From Asterionella formosa (Eukaryota): a stretch of 64,000 nt of DNA. The notes beneath the pieces are model-generated. The model was given only the letters and a program-made list of their open reading frames with translations, had not been told where the DNA came from and did no database searches. The stretch covers positions 1 through 64,000 of the forward strand of contig NKIB01012895.1 in assembly GCA_002256025.1 (NCBI GenBank), written 5' to 3'. Positions within the stretch are counted from its first letter, which is position 1; each line of letters begins with the position of its first letter. Below, in pieces: positions 12,608 through 23,299 of this stretch. The position numbers were made by a program, and so were the translations under genes.

Positions 12608-13299
12608 TATATGAGAATATTTTGTGAAAGGTGGTTCTTGGGGAGGACTCATTTACCCTAACAAAAATGGGAAAGAAGCACAGGTCTTGTTGATGGGTCA
12701 TGCTATAAAAAGTCATGTGTACTGATGAGGTCGTAGAAAGTGCATTATAAAAGTGATTTAAAATTTATTCGACAGTGTCAAACCACTATCTGCTCTTGCA
12801 TCTTGGCCAAAGACAACCTTATACTAATTTGGGAAGAACATTCTCTCCAAAAAGTGAGTTGTTGAAACTATTTTATTTCGCTCTTATCATGCTATAAAAT
12901 ATATGCCTATATGTTGCATCACATTTATATATTTGTTGTCATACCCTTGAATTATGTTCATAGCCCAATTCGTCATAGTGGGCCACACAAATTATTAATT
13001 TGGGCGATCATATTTGACTAGCGGCTTTTTTCAGGCGCATGTACAAATAAACGGCGCTGTGTATAGTGTAAGGAGGATTTAAAAGTATCAATTAAGGTGA
13101 CTTCCAGGGAAATTTAGTATTACACCACTCATTCTGTGATACCTCAAAAGAATCTATCAAGGAGGAAGGACCACCCCGCAACTGGGGAGCTGCTAGGCTG
13201 GCTTCGCAGGGCAACATCCATGACGAACTAACAACAATGTTAATATCCAATTGTCCAAGGGTCACAGCTAGTTACGCTGAGTCTAAGCAAATATTGTTG

Positions 13300-14500
13300 C
13301 ATCGAAATTGCGAACAAGGGAGATGATGCTGGCAGCATGTGGCTGACCATCCATGAAATTCATAATGGTCAAGGCAAAGTCATGGGCGGAGGTCATCCAA
13401 TGTCTTCACTTAAGTCAGAAGTGGGAGGGTTCATTGGAGAAATGATGGCCAAAGATGCAATGATCAGTATCAGAAATTCGGAAAGAATCGCCCCGCCATC
13501 AAGCCAATTTCCCTTTCAGTTTATATTAACAATAAGTTGCTTGTTGCTCGAATCTCATTGGCTTGCCAAGGAACTTCTGCAACTTTTCCTCTGGAATGTG
13601 ACTTGCTTACTTTAAGCGGCGAAAGAGGCGACATAGCTGGCTGACAAATACTATGCCATCACTATACAACCACACGATGTAAAATCCCACCAGGATATGG
13701 AAATAGCGCGCATCATGACAAACGCAAGCATCTATCATTGTGGGACGCCAAACTTAATTGTGATGTCTACAGGCTGGCAGAAAAGGGCGGTCTGGAATTT
13801 TATCCAATGCAAAGTTCTCCTACTACTACATCGTTTTCACCTCACCCGCCTCCTCCTCCTGGCCATGGGGCCACATTTCTTCTGGGAATATCTGGGAGAA
13901 AATTGGTTTACTACCAGCCATGTTTTTCAGGCGATTTGCGAGACATGATATCACAATGAGCTCCAGGCTTTTATTATTTCTCGTAATGACTGGCTGGGAT
14001 GTACATCAGATCAATGAAATGGTAGATTGGTCTGCCCGCTCTTGGGCATGGGTTAAGCAAGCCAAGGTACTACTAGCGATCAAAGAATAACGATTTCATA
14101 AACGGTTTGAAAAAGTGAATGATAGACGATGCCCATGATGCAGAAGATTTAACTAATATTTTCTCCAGGTCCTAGGTTGCCTGCATACATCACAGGGCAT
14201 GTTGAAGTTTCAAGATGCAATCAGCAGTAGCTGCTTCAAAAGCCCGTTTGTGACAACGAACACTTTCAGCGAGGGCATTTTATTATGGTTCGAAGACCTG
14301 AACGTAACATGGCTGAGCCATATCCCAACGAAAATCCGGAGGATGAGATTGACCAAACTACCTTCAAAGCGTTTCTTAATCAACAAGATAAAGGGTGGGA
14401 TTAGGCTCTTCGCACCAGGTCAATCAGTCATCAAAGGGGACGAACAGCTAATGGTCAATACTCTTGTCCGAGATGAATACACACAGATACTACAACCCTA
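13300..14500 (+). mobile_element. Degenerate non-LTR retrotransposon remnant (RNase H-like region)
   Basis: Across frameshifts and stops: GGHPMSSLKSEVGG, HDVKSHQD and WDAKLNCDVYRLA. These match the S.RSE.GG / VKSHQD / N..CD.LA motifs of RNase H in algal LINE-type (Ambal-like) elements. Confidence 0.5.
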
Positions 14501-15995
14501 GACTCTCAATGATCGACTAAATCCTCCCATCTCAGAATTATTGATATTTAGGATCGGTCGTTGGCAATCTTGTAACACGGTTATCTTTGGCCATGGAGAG
14601 ACTAGTAAAGAAGAAGGGATTGAAATATTAGGCCAGGACATGGACAAAATTATTACTAAGTACTACAGAAATTCGGAATTGGTCCAGCTGACTCGTCTGA
14701 AAGATCTTTTCTCAGCTTCTTCTGAGTGAACTTCTTTGGTTTTAGTCTGTGGAAACCTCTCTTTGAGTGTGGGATCACACACAGATAGCACTACATGCTG
14801 ACAGCAGAGCTCGTCTCCGCCTCGCAGAACGATGAAAAATTTTGGAAGGATGACGCCCATTAGGAAAGTATTGGACTCCATAGAGATTCTTTGATCCTGT
14901 GTCCTTTTCTGGGTTATCAGCGCAATTATCAGTTAAAGAGATAAATTAACTTTTAAAGTACGTAAAAACTAAAATAATAATCGCACTTGTGCCTGGATAG
15001 ACATGGGGGGAATTTGATAAAATTTAGGGGTGGGTACTGGTATTCTAGACTATAAAAGAGTCAAAATAATTCTAAATTGAAATACTTATAAAATTTATGA
15101 CCAAGGAAGTTTATCAATGCAACTCTTGACAGGACTAGAGTTCTTGTACTACTATGATCAATCATCTATAGATACCTTGGAGTAGTACTCCTACCAGCAG
15201 GGTACCTGTTACTTCCTCTGGGCAAAAACGATTGTGGCAATTTGCTGTGTCTCAAGTGCCAAGCAGCTTTTTTAAAGGAGGGATTACATAGAAAAAATAC
15301 CATTTTACTATGTGGGCTGCGGGGTCAGTTTATGAGTTACATGGGCATCAGTAAATAGCTAGTCTTTTGGACATAATTGAAATTTTCCAGTAGAGTTATA
15401 TTCCAGTACCTTTATGTATGATATGTTTCCGGTCCTTGGTGCAAACAGGCTGTTTACTTTTTATTGTCTGCATGCTGGAAGTTGCAGTAAATTATACTGC
15501 ATGTTGATTTCAATCAATTTCTGGGAAGTTCTGCGGTCATCAACCTGTTGGTGAGCAGCGCCAGGAGAGTTCAAGAGTAAAAGGGCATATCCAAGGAATG
15601 GAAAATAATAATATCAACAAGTGGAATGGATTGAAGAACAGACTTGCTAGCAGGGTGAAATAAATCCCAATCAGGCTGCAAAAAGTGACTGATAAAGTGA
15701 CGAATAAGCACCACGAGCACTATAAGGGTGTCGCTGTGAGCTCATGCCCAGTAAGGAGAGGCTGGTGATAAGGCGCGCATTCTGCCTCAGAGGAGGCAGA
15801 AATCCAGAGTCATGTCAGCCTTAAGGAACTTAATTACGCAAGGTCAAGAGTGAGGATAGATGGATTTCCAGTATCTTGCAGTTCTTTCTTCAGCATTATC
15901 TGAATAGCTTTGAGCCAGCAGGCAGGGAAAACCAAGTGATGTGAAGGCTGGAGACGCGCTGATCGGTATGCAAGTATTGAGCACCACCAAGAATG

Positions 15996-16189
15996 TAAGG
16001 GAATACAAAAGACTCTGCAATAATATCATTAGCGCCATATGAACATCGTAATGACGCAACGAATAACTCAAGACTATCCAAGGCGGCGGACATAAGGGAA
16101 TACAAAAGACTCTGCAATAATATCATTAGCGCCATATGAACATCGTAATGACGCAACGAATAACTCAAGACTATCCAAGGCGGCGGACA
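15996..16189. repeat. Perfect 97-bp tandem duplication
   Basis: TAAGGGAATACAAAAGACTCTGC...CCAAGGCGGCGGACA at 15996 and again at 16093. Confidence 0.95.
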
Positions 16190-16620
16190 TGAGCTCCTGC
16201 AACCATGACAATCAGAATAACAACATCTACAATGAATGTAATATAAAAACCGACAAGGCAGCGGAAATTAACAGCAAAAACGGCGATTATAATAAGAACA
16301 ACAGCATCTACAATGAATAGAATAGTACAAGAAACGACATGGCCATGGACATGAACAGCAACAACAATGATAATCAGAACAACAGCATCTACAATGAATG
16401 GAATACAAAAGACGACGTGGCAGCTGACATTGCTTAACATCAACAACAACAAATAATCAGAACCACAGAATCTATAATGAATGGAATAAAAAAGACTCTG
16501 CAAATCACATTCTAGCGCAGATAGCACAGCAGTTGACAGCGCCATATGAACCAACTGATGACACAATGAATAACTCAAGGCCACGCAGGCAGCGGGCGAT
16601 AGCATCAACAACGAAGAAAA
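16190..16620. repeat. Degenerate ~80-bp minisatellite
   Basis: Recurring AATCAGAACAACAGCATCTACAATGAATGGAATACAAAAGAC-like units, related to the 97-bp unit upstream. Confidence 0.75.
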
Positions 16621-16704
16621 TCGGATTCACAGATACAATCCATCATTGAAGGGACTCACTCCACGATGAATATCCCGGTATGTAGATGTATCTATAAGGT
16701 ACCA

Positions 16705-16764
16705 GGTACAGATAAATAGATTGTACTGTACCTGGTACAGATAAATAGATTGTACTGTACCTGG
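16705..16764. repeat. 29-bp tandem duplication
   Basis: GGTACAGATAAATAGATTGTACTGTACCT twice (16705, 16734). Confidence 0.9.
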
Positions 16765-16853
16765 GCGGTAGTAATCCTCCTACCATTGGTAGTATTTGTT
16801 GAAAATATTTACAGTATTTTGATATTTTAATAAAAGATTCCTTTTCATCTCAA

Positions 16854-16937
16854 GTCGCAATAGCTCAGTTGGGAGAGCGCAAGACTGAAGAAAAATCGGT
16901 CATCTTGAGGCCCGGTGTTCGATTCACCGTTGCGACA
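16854..16937 (+). tRNA. trnF: tRNA-Phe(GAA) with 11-nt intron
   Basis: Acceptor GTCGCAA/TTGCGAC, D-arm GCTC/GAGC, anticodon arm CAAGA-CTGAAG[AAAAATCGGTC]A-TCTTG, T-arm CGGTG-TTCGATT-CACCG. 73 nt after removing 16891-16901, with a T6 Pol III terminator downstream. Confidence 0.95.
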
Positions 16938-18057
16938 ACATATTTTTTATTTTTCCCATCCCACCTTGTGGGATAATTTGAATCGCTACCATGGTTCCAG
17001 GTACCTGTTACCAGGGTACCACTGCACATAAACGTGTATGCACCTGGTACTTGGTATCGTTACTTTCACCAAGGTTTGTTTTGGTAATTGATAATTTTAG
17101 AACTTTTTTGCGTCAGTGGTGAGGGAGTGAGAAGGTCTACCAAACAAGATCCCATCCATTCATTGAGGAACAGAGCGACGGAGTCTCCAGCCATCGAAAA
17201 CCGGTACCTACATTATGAGCACTGCGCCATTTACACTGCCTGAGTACCAGGTACCAATTACCTACCAGTAGTACCAGATACCAGGTACCTAGTACCTAGT
17301 ACCAGGTACCTGGTACTCCCAGGTGCTCGAGTACCAGCAAGATGCAGTAATTGTGCTGAAACTTAAAGTTTAGATGTCGTTTTATAGTACATATATTAAC
17401 GGCAACTTGCAGGTACTCCTACCAGGTAGCATTAGTGCCACGATGCATGTGTGGCCTGTGTAATTTAGAGATAGTATGGAATACCAGGTAGACTCTGCAA
17501 CCGGTACACCGGCAGCATAATCCGCACGTGTGCAGTTATTATGTACGAATGCCAATGGGAAACACATGGGCTGTTTGCGAGCGAGGATGATGGACGAATA
17601 CACATATTTCGATTTATCTTCCGGTAGGTGGATTGTATGTAACTCCGCTAGGATATGTAGAAGAAACGATTGGAATGTACGAATGAACCAGCCTGGCTGG
17701 TCCATACATTTATGTGTGGCTTGCATACAGCTCTAGATATAGGAAAACAACAGAATACCACTTAAGCCAGTATATTAGTATGAATACCGGTAAAACTTGC
17801 TTCGTCGAGTGCGGATACTACCGTTAAATTTATATAAACAATGAAATCCCGGTAGGGAGTTTAAGAAGCAATTACCGGTATTCTTACCGGCTTGCATTCC
17901 CCTCATCCACCGAGAGCACATGAAGTTCAGTCCCTCCAAAAGTGTCGGAGTGGCAGCATTTCATATATACGGGGAGGAAGACTAATATGATCAACCTCAG
18001 TTTGCTCCCAAGACCTAAATGTGGTGCTCATAATTTCAGACTTTATTCGACGGCAGC

Positions 18058-19701
18058 ATGAATTCCAGAATAGCACTTGCAATCATCACCATCGCTTTGG
18101 TTTCTTCCACGCATGTGATTCTTGGAGCATGTGACAATTTCATCGCGGCAGCAGAGATCAAGGGCAAAAAGTTCTTTTCTTCTAAGACTGGCGAATATCT
18201 TCCCATCAAAGGTATCAACTATTATCCTCGTCCGAATGACGGTGAACTTGTGTTGGGCTCCATCGATTACTTCACTGAAGAACACAGTGCTATCTGGGAA
18301 CGTGATATTCCGAACTTTGTAAAGCTCAATGTCAACGCTATTAGGATTTACGCTGTTGACCCTGGCCAGAATCATGACGCCTTTATGTGCGCATTGAAGT
18401 CTGCTGGCATCTATGTTATCGTTGGTTTAGCTGCATCCTGCGAATTCTGTGCCATCAGTGGCCAAGCAGCACCCGATTGCTATCCTGCTGACCTGAAATC
18501 GCGTGGTCAGTTCATTATCAGCGAGTTTTCAAGGTACGATAACGTACTGGCGTTCTCGGCGGGAAACGAAATTAACCTTGAGGTTAACTCCACAGATATC
18601 AATGCACCTTGTCAGAAGCAGTTTTTACGGGATATGCGCGCCTTTATTAATAGCTGTCCAAATATGCGGCAAATACCAGTGGGTGTGGATTTAGCTGACC
18701 TAAACCGGGAAGCGAACGCGTTGTATTATGCCTGTCGAAGTGATTCAAGTGATGTTTTGGAAAATGCAGAATATTTCGGGATCAATGTTTACCTTCACTG
18801 CGATGGCAATGCTGGAAGCGCCAGCAACCTTCCGGGATACCAGGAGATTCTCCAAAACTTTCAAAGTTATGATTTGAGCATCCCTGTCATGTTCACCGAG
18901 TTTGGATGTGTGAACCCCTCCTTTCCCACCATCAATGGGTACGAAGGTCAACGCGACTTCCTTCAAGTCGACGCAATTTTCTCGTCAACATATTCAGCAG
19001 AATTCGCAGGAGGATTTGTTTTTGAGTACTCCACTGAATTGGTGTTTGCAGAACACACTTCCCCTTACCCATTCACAACATATGGGAGTGGCAATTACGG
19101 AGTGGGATATTTTTCGCCAGAGACCTGTAGTGACGTTGATATCAATTGTACCTACGTCCCGTTTCCTCAGTTTGATAATCTTGCAACCAAATACGCTGCA
19201 GTTGATACGTCTTTTGAGCCATCAATTGACTCATACAGTCCTAATCCGACAAACGCTCCTGTATGCCCAGCTGCAATCCCTCCACTGAGTTCGTTTGTTT
19301 GGCCGGCAGCATCTGTTGTGGACATGGCTTGTCCTACCCCTTTAACAGTTTATTGTCCAAATATCCCGATCGAATGCATCACAACGACGGCACCTGGAAC
19401 TACCACTCCAACGACAACACCTGGAACTACCACTGATACTCCAACGACAACACCTGCTAACGGCACTCCTACAACGAATAAACCGGCGTCTGCACCAGTC
19501 GCTAGTAAGCCCTCTTCGTCCCAGCAACCAAATGCTTCTAAACCTACAAGTCCGTCTAGTACACCGATACCGCCATCCGCGGCGCCATTGCCTTTTTCTT
19601 CCATTTTCCTCACGTCCTCTGCTCGGGGCCTTGGTTCTTCTCAGCTCTACTTGGTAGCACTCTGGAGTGCGACCTGCGCGTTGCTTTTATTTATTTTTTG
19701 A
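18058..19701 (+). CDS. GH72 beta-1,3-glucanosyltransferase (Gas/Gel-like), secreted, probably GPI-anchored
   Basis: Signal peptide; IKGINY, RDIPNFVKLNVNAIRIYAVDP..NHDAFMCAL; catalytic AGNE and FTEFGC motifs; GGFVFEY; Thr/Pro-rich linker; hydrophobic C-terminus. Confidence 0.93.
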   Translation: MNSRIALAIITIALVSSTHVILGACDNFIAAAEIKGKKFFSSKTGEYLPIKGINYYPRPNDGELVLGSIDYFTEEHSAIWERDIPNFVKLNVNAIRIYAVDPGQNHDAFMCALKSAGIYVIVGLAASCEFCAISGQAAPDCYPADLKSRGQFIISEFSRYDNVLAFSAGNEINLEVNSTDINAPCQKQFLRDMRAFINSCPNMRQIPVGVDLADLNREANALYYACRSDSSDVLENAEYFGINVYLHCDGNAGSASNLPGYQEILQNFQSYDLSIPVMFTEFGCVNPSFPTINGYEGQRDFLQVDAIFSSTYSAEFAGGFVFEYSTELVFAEHTSPYPFTTYGSGNYGVGYFSPETCSDVDINCTYVPFPQFDNLATKYAAVDTSFEPSIDSYSPNPTNAPVCPAAIPPLSSFVWPAASVVDMACPTPLTVYCPNIPIECITTTAPGTTTPTTTPGTTTDTPTTTPANGTPTTNKPASAPVASKPSSSQQPNASKPTSPSSTPIPPSAAPLPFSSIFLTSSARGLGSSQLYLVALWSATCALLLFIF

Positions 19702-20268
19702 TAATTTTTGTAAAGTGAACTGTTTCCTCTTTTTGTCGTGTTTCGAACTTCCCGCTATATATTTATATGTATCAACTTCTTTGGAGCACTTACTGGAGGA
19801 ACAAAGACTCATTTCCAAGGACTTTGTTCCTCTTGTCCGAAAGCCAAAGTCAAAAAGCTTTCTTTGGTATTTGGGTTGATTGAGTTTGTTTACAGGATGA
19901 CGAAGCCACAATACTCTTTTTATGTTTTGTCGTTCCGTTTGTTATTGTTAACATGCATCACATACTGTGAGTCTGCGATAAGCTTGTAGGTCTGATTACC
20001 TTTTGGTACAACCCTGTAGAGCTTCGATCTCTCAGTGCTCCTATTTCGTTGGGAAGGGGTGGTATATTGGGTCGCAGTGAACCACTAGGGTCAGTATGCT
20101 TTATTCCCCCTAATCAGTCGTGGTTAACTTTTCACGTTTCATAAATTGCGTATTATCGACATGTCTAATATTTAGTCGTCGTACTGTGAGCTATTGTGTC
20201 CATACACAATAGCCCTCCAACACTAAATTTCAACAACTTCTTATGTTACTTTACTCTGTTCCACATTC

Positions 20269-21241
20269 TTAAGCCATAATAACTTCTCCAGTAGTCGCCT
20301 TCAAAAGTTCGCACTTTCCTCCAGCGGCTTCAATAGCAGCACGCGCATTCTTAGTAAAGGCATGAGCCTGAACTGTCACATCCTTGGCAGTAAAGTCTTC
20401 ACGTCCAACAACCACCTTGTGGATCGGGAATTTGCTCTTATTGGCAGCACCCCCGGCAAACAAGGAATCAAAATTGACAGTAGCTCCCGCCTCCGCTCCG
20501 TTCAATTGATCCAACTTGATGACATTGTAAATGGTACGCTTGTGCCCAGGCCCTAAAGGCTTGCCAACAAATTTGGGCAAGGCTCGGTACAACGGGTTCT
20601 GTCCTCCCTCAAAGCCACTACGGGTGGGCCGACCGGCACGAGACTTTTGTCCACGCATTCCAAATCCACAGGTGGCCCCCTGTCCCGCCGAGATACCTCG
20701 ACCCTTGCGAGTCCGAGGCTTGCGCGACCCAGGAGCGTGTCTCATGTTGTCAAAGGTGAGCAAGGTGTTGTCCATGTCGTTGAGCAGGCTTTCGTCGGCG
20801 TCGCGGCGCTTCCAGTCGTAGATCTTCATCGAGAGTGTGTTGGTCGAGGCCTGGACCGAGGTCAAGGTACTGGACTTGGGGATGAACGAAGAGTAGGCAT
20901 CTGGGGAGAGTAAGGGTTAGTTGGGATATGAGTCAGTGCATCGTAGGGTTCTCGCGACGGAACGTTGAAGGAGACTAGGATGGTCCTTTTGGTGTGGACG
21001 CTCCCGCTTGCTGAGCCGTGTATACATTATGGACTCATGACAAAGCCAGTTTGATGAGCAGAAATGCAACGTTCTGAAGCAGCACACATGAAGAAATCGA
21101 AATTGAATTCTTCTGATGCGCCTCCATTTTCGCGAAACTAAACTGAAACAATTGCAAAGCAACTGAACTATCGGACCCACCTGTCGACGATCCCATCAGG
21201 GCAACAACCAGAGCGAGAAGAGCAGCAGCAAAGGACTTCAT
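20269..21241 (-). CDS. rpl15: Plastid 50S ribosomal protein L15, nucleus-encoded, 2 exons (21181-21241, 20269-20900)
   Basis: L15 signature RKGRGISAGQGATCGFGMRGQKSRAG...GFEGGQNPLYRALPK. Intron 20901-21180 (GTGGGT...CTAAC...CAG). The spliced N-terminus MKSFAAALLALVVALMGSSTDA|YSSFIPK is a bipartite plastid presequence. Confidence 0.95.
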
Positions 21242-22149
21242 TGTCTCTGCAGAACGGTTGTTTTGAAGCAACGATACGATGGTATAAAGTCTCTTGAGTA
21301 AAGGAACAGCTAGTAATAATCGCTCACTATCAACATCAACCACCGGCGTAAATCACCCCCATCAACAAAAGAAGCGCAAGTCCAGCCATCAGACGAACAC
21401 GAAAGCAGCGGCTCTGCCTGCACCATGAAGTCTGCGTGCGATCGTGCGTCATTCTTGTCGGAGGATGGCAGGGCCGACCGTCTGTCAATCATCAGGCAAA
21501 ATGGAGTCTTGTACATGCAGGACTGTCCAAGGGGTGATGATACATACGAGCAAGCAAACGAAAATACACAGCGGTAATACGTTGTCTATCATTTATATGT
21601 ACGCACATTTTTATGTATGATACTCGCAGGAAATATTACCTTACTACCGGTATGCATTGCCAGCAGTGCCGCTGAGTCCCTGTGCAGACTGTTTCACTAT
21701 TTTTCTGCTCAGTCTTCGCCATTCCTCGTATTATTATTGTAGCTGCCTCCGCAAGAAAGAGGAGTACAAAAATGGAAAACTAGAGTGAGATTCTGGTGCA
21801 CAAAGATGTGCTTCAATATCCAGTCTGATCATGATCAATTACTGTTAGTAGAGGGCACTCTGGTACTTCAGTTTGTTTGCCACATGAGGGACAACGGGAC
21901 TATTCACTCACCTCCAAGCTGCTACCTAAACCCAACAATCAAGCAGTCTGATGTTGTACAACATCAAACAGTACAAACAAGATGACAAAGGCGAGAACAA
22001 TGACAATTCAAGTTTATGGAGTGTGTGATCATCTTGCATTGTTCCCTGTGCACATGATGTACTAACTAGCTTTATTGTGTTCTCTCAGAGGGAAGACTAA
22101 GACTGCAAAGGTTACTACGTGAGAATATACTAGTGATGGAATCTCCAAA

Positions 22150-22425
22150 ATTTGCGATTTTCGACTTCCTCATCTCTTGGTGAATCTTGGCAGCATTCCA
22201 TACTTACGCTCTCTCATGAATGCTGCTGAGATTTGCTGAGAGATGAAGAAGTTGAAATCGAAATGACAGCAATCAACCCCTGCTCATTTCACTTTGGTCC
22301 ATTGGCATCATAATGTCATGAAACAATATTTATTTAGCTAAAAACACAAGAATGATTATGATTCTTTTAACAATGACTTTCAATTTCCTGTTTAATTGAC
22401 AAATGTTTGAAGCACTAAAGGTTTC
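22150..22425. repeat. Dispersed foldback/MITE-like repeat, copy 2
   Basis: Reverse-complement relative of 12358-12563. It is internally palindromic: AATCTTGGCAGCATTC...GAATGCTGCTGAGATTT. Confidence 0.65.
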
Positions 22426-23299
22426 ATGTGGTTAACAGAGCCTGGATACGAATTCAGTTTGGAAAATGTGATGCGAGGGCGAGTTTACCGGTAGATAAAA
22501 ACTCAATTTTTAACCGGCCATTTCGTGCTTTGTAGTTGAATGATGTTCTCTCAATCCTGGATACCGGTATTATCCCCTTGTTGTGCACATTTGCAAAAAT
22601 CAGAATAAATACTACCAGGAAGCTTTGGAATCCAGTATACATGAATTGGCAAATTTCAATTTAATAACCATACAATTCGCAATCATTGTCATTTGCATCC
22701 CACAGCTCGGTTTGAAATTGATTCAGAGTGCTTGCTTCGTGTCCCAGGAACATCTCCTTAGGACAATACAATAGACAACATATGGTATTCCCAAGCCAGT
22801 ATTGGGGGTAAAAATGTTGGGGAGAACCATTTGTGAGGTGCCAGATGTTGCTGCTGCTGTTACTGAAGAGCCTTCACAGTAGAAGTACTCTCAACTAGTG
22901 AAAAAACCCTTCTCAAGGTTCTTTGCATCATGTTCCAGAGACCGCCAACCATTTATACCTACAGTAGTATGCATTGCTGAGTGGCGTTCTTGTCTAAGAC
23001 TTTTAGCTCATTTCCATTTAAAATACAGAGGACTAGACTGCCGATAGCAAAGTAAAGTAATCATTTTCTACGCATCGAGACAGTCGTGGCCTGCACTTTT
23101 TCCTATTAATTGTATGGGATTATAGATACTGAGTGACTTGGCGAAAGTTTGCCCTAATCACCTTGATTCACATGAATATAACCTTTTTTAAGGGCAGCAT
23201 GAAATGTCCAAACTTTAGAATTACATCCAATGATGGATCAATGTTGTAAGAAATCACAAAAATGAATACAGTCACTTAACATTATCTATTCACAAATAA

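Noticed and set aside
15996..16620. Possible CRISPR-like repeat/spacer array
   Set aside because: Units are contiguous degenerate tandem repeats without unique spacers; eukaryotic context and no cas genes.
20901..21180. snoRNA in the relatively long rpl15 intron
   Set aside because: No convincing C/D box pair or H/ACA structure seen by eye.
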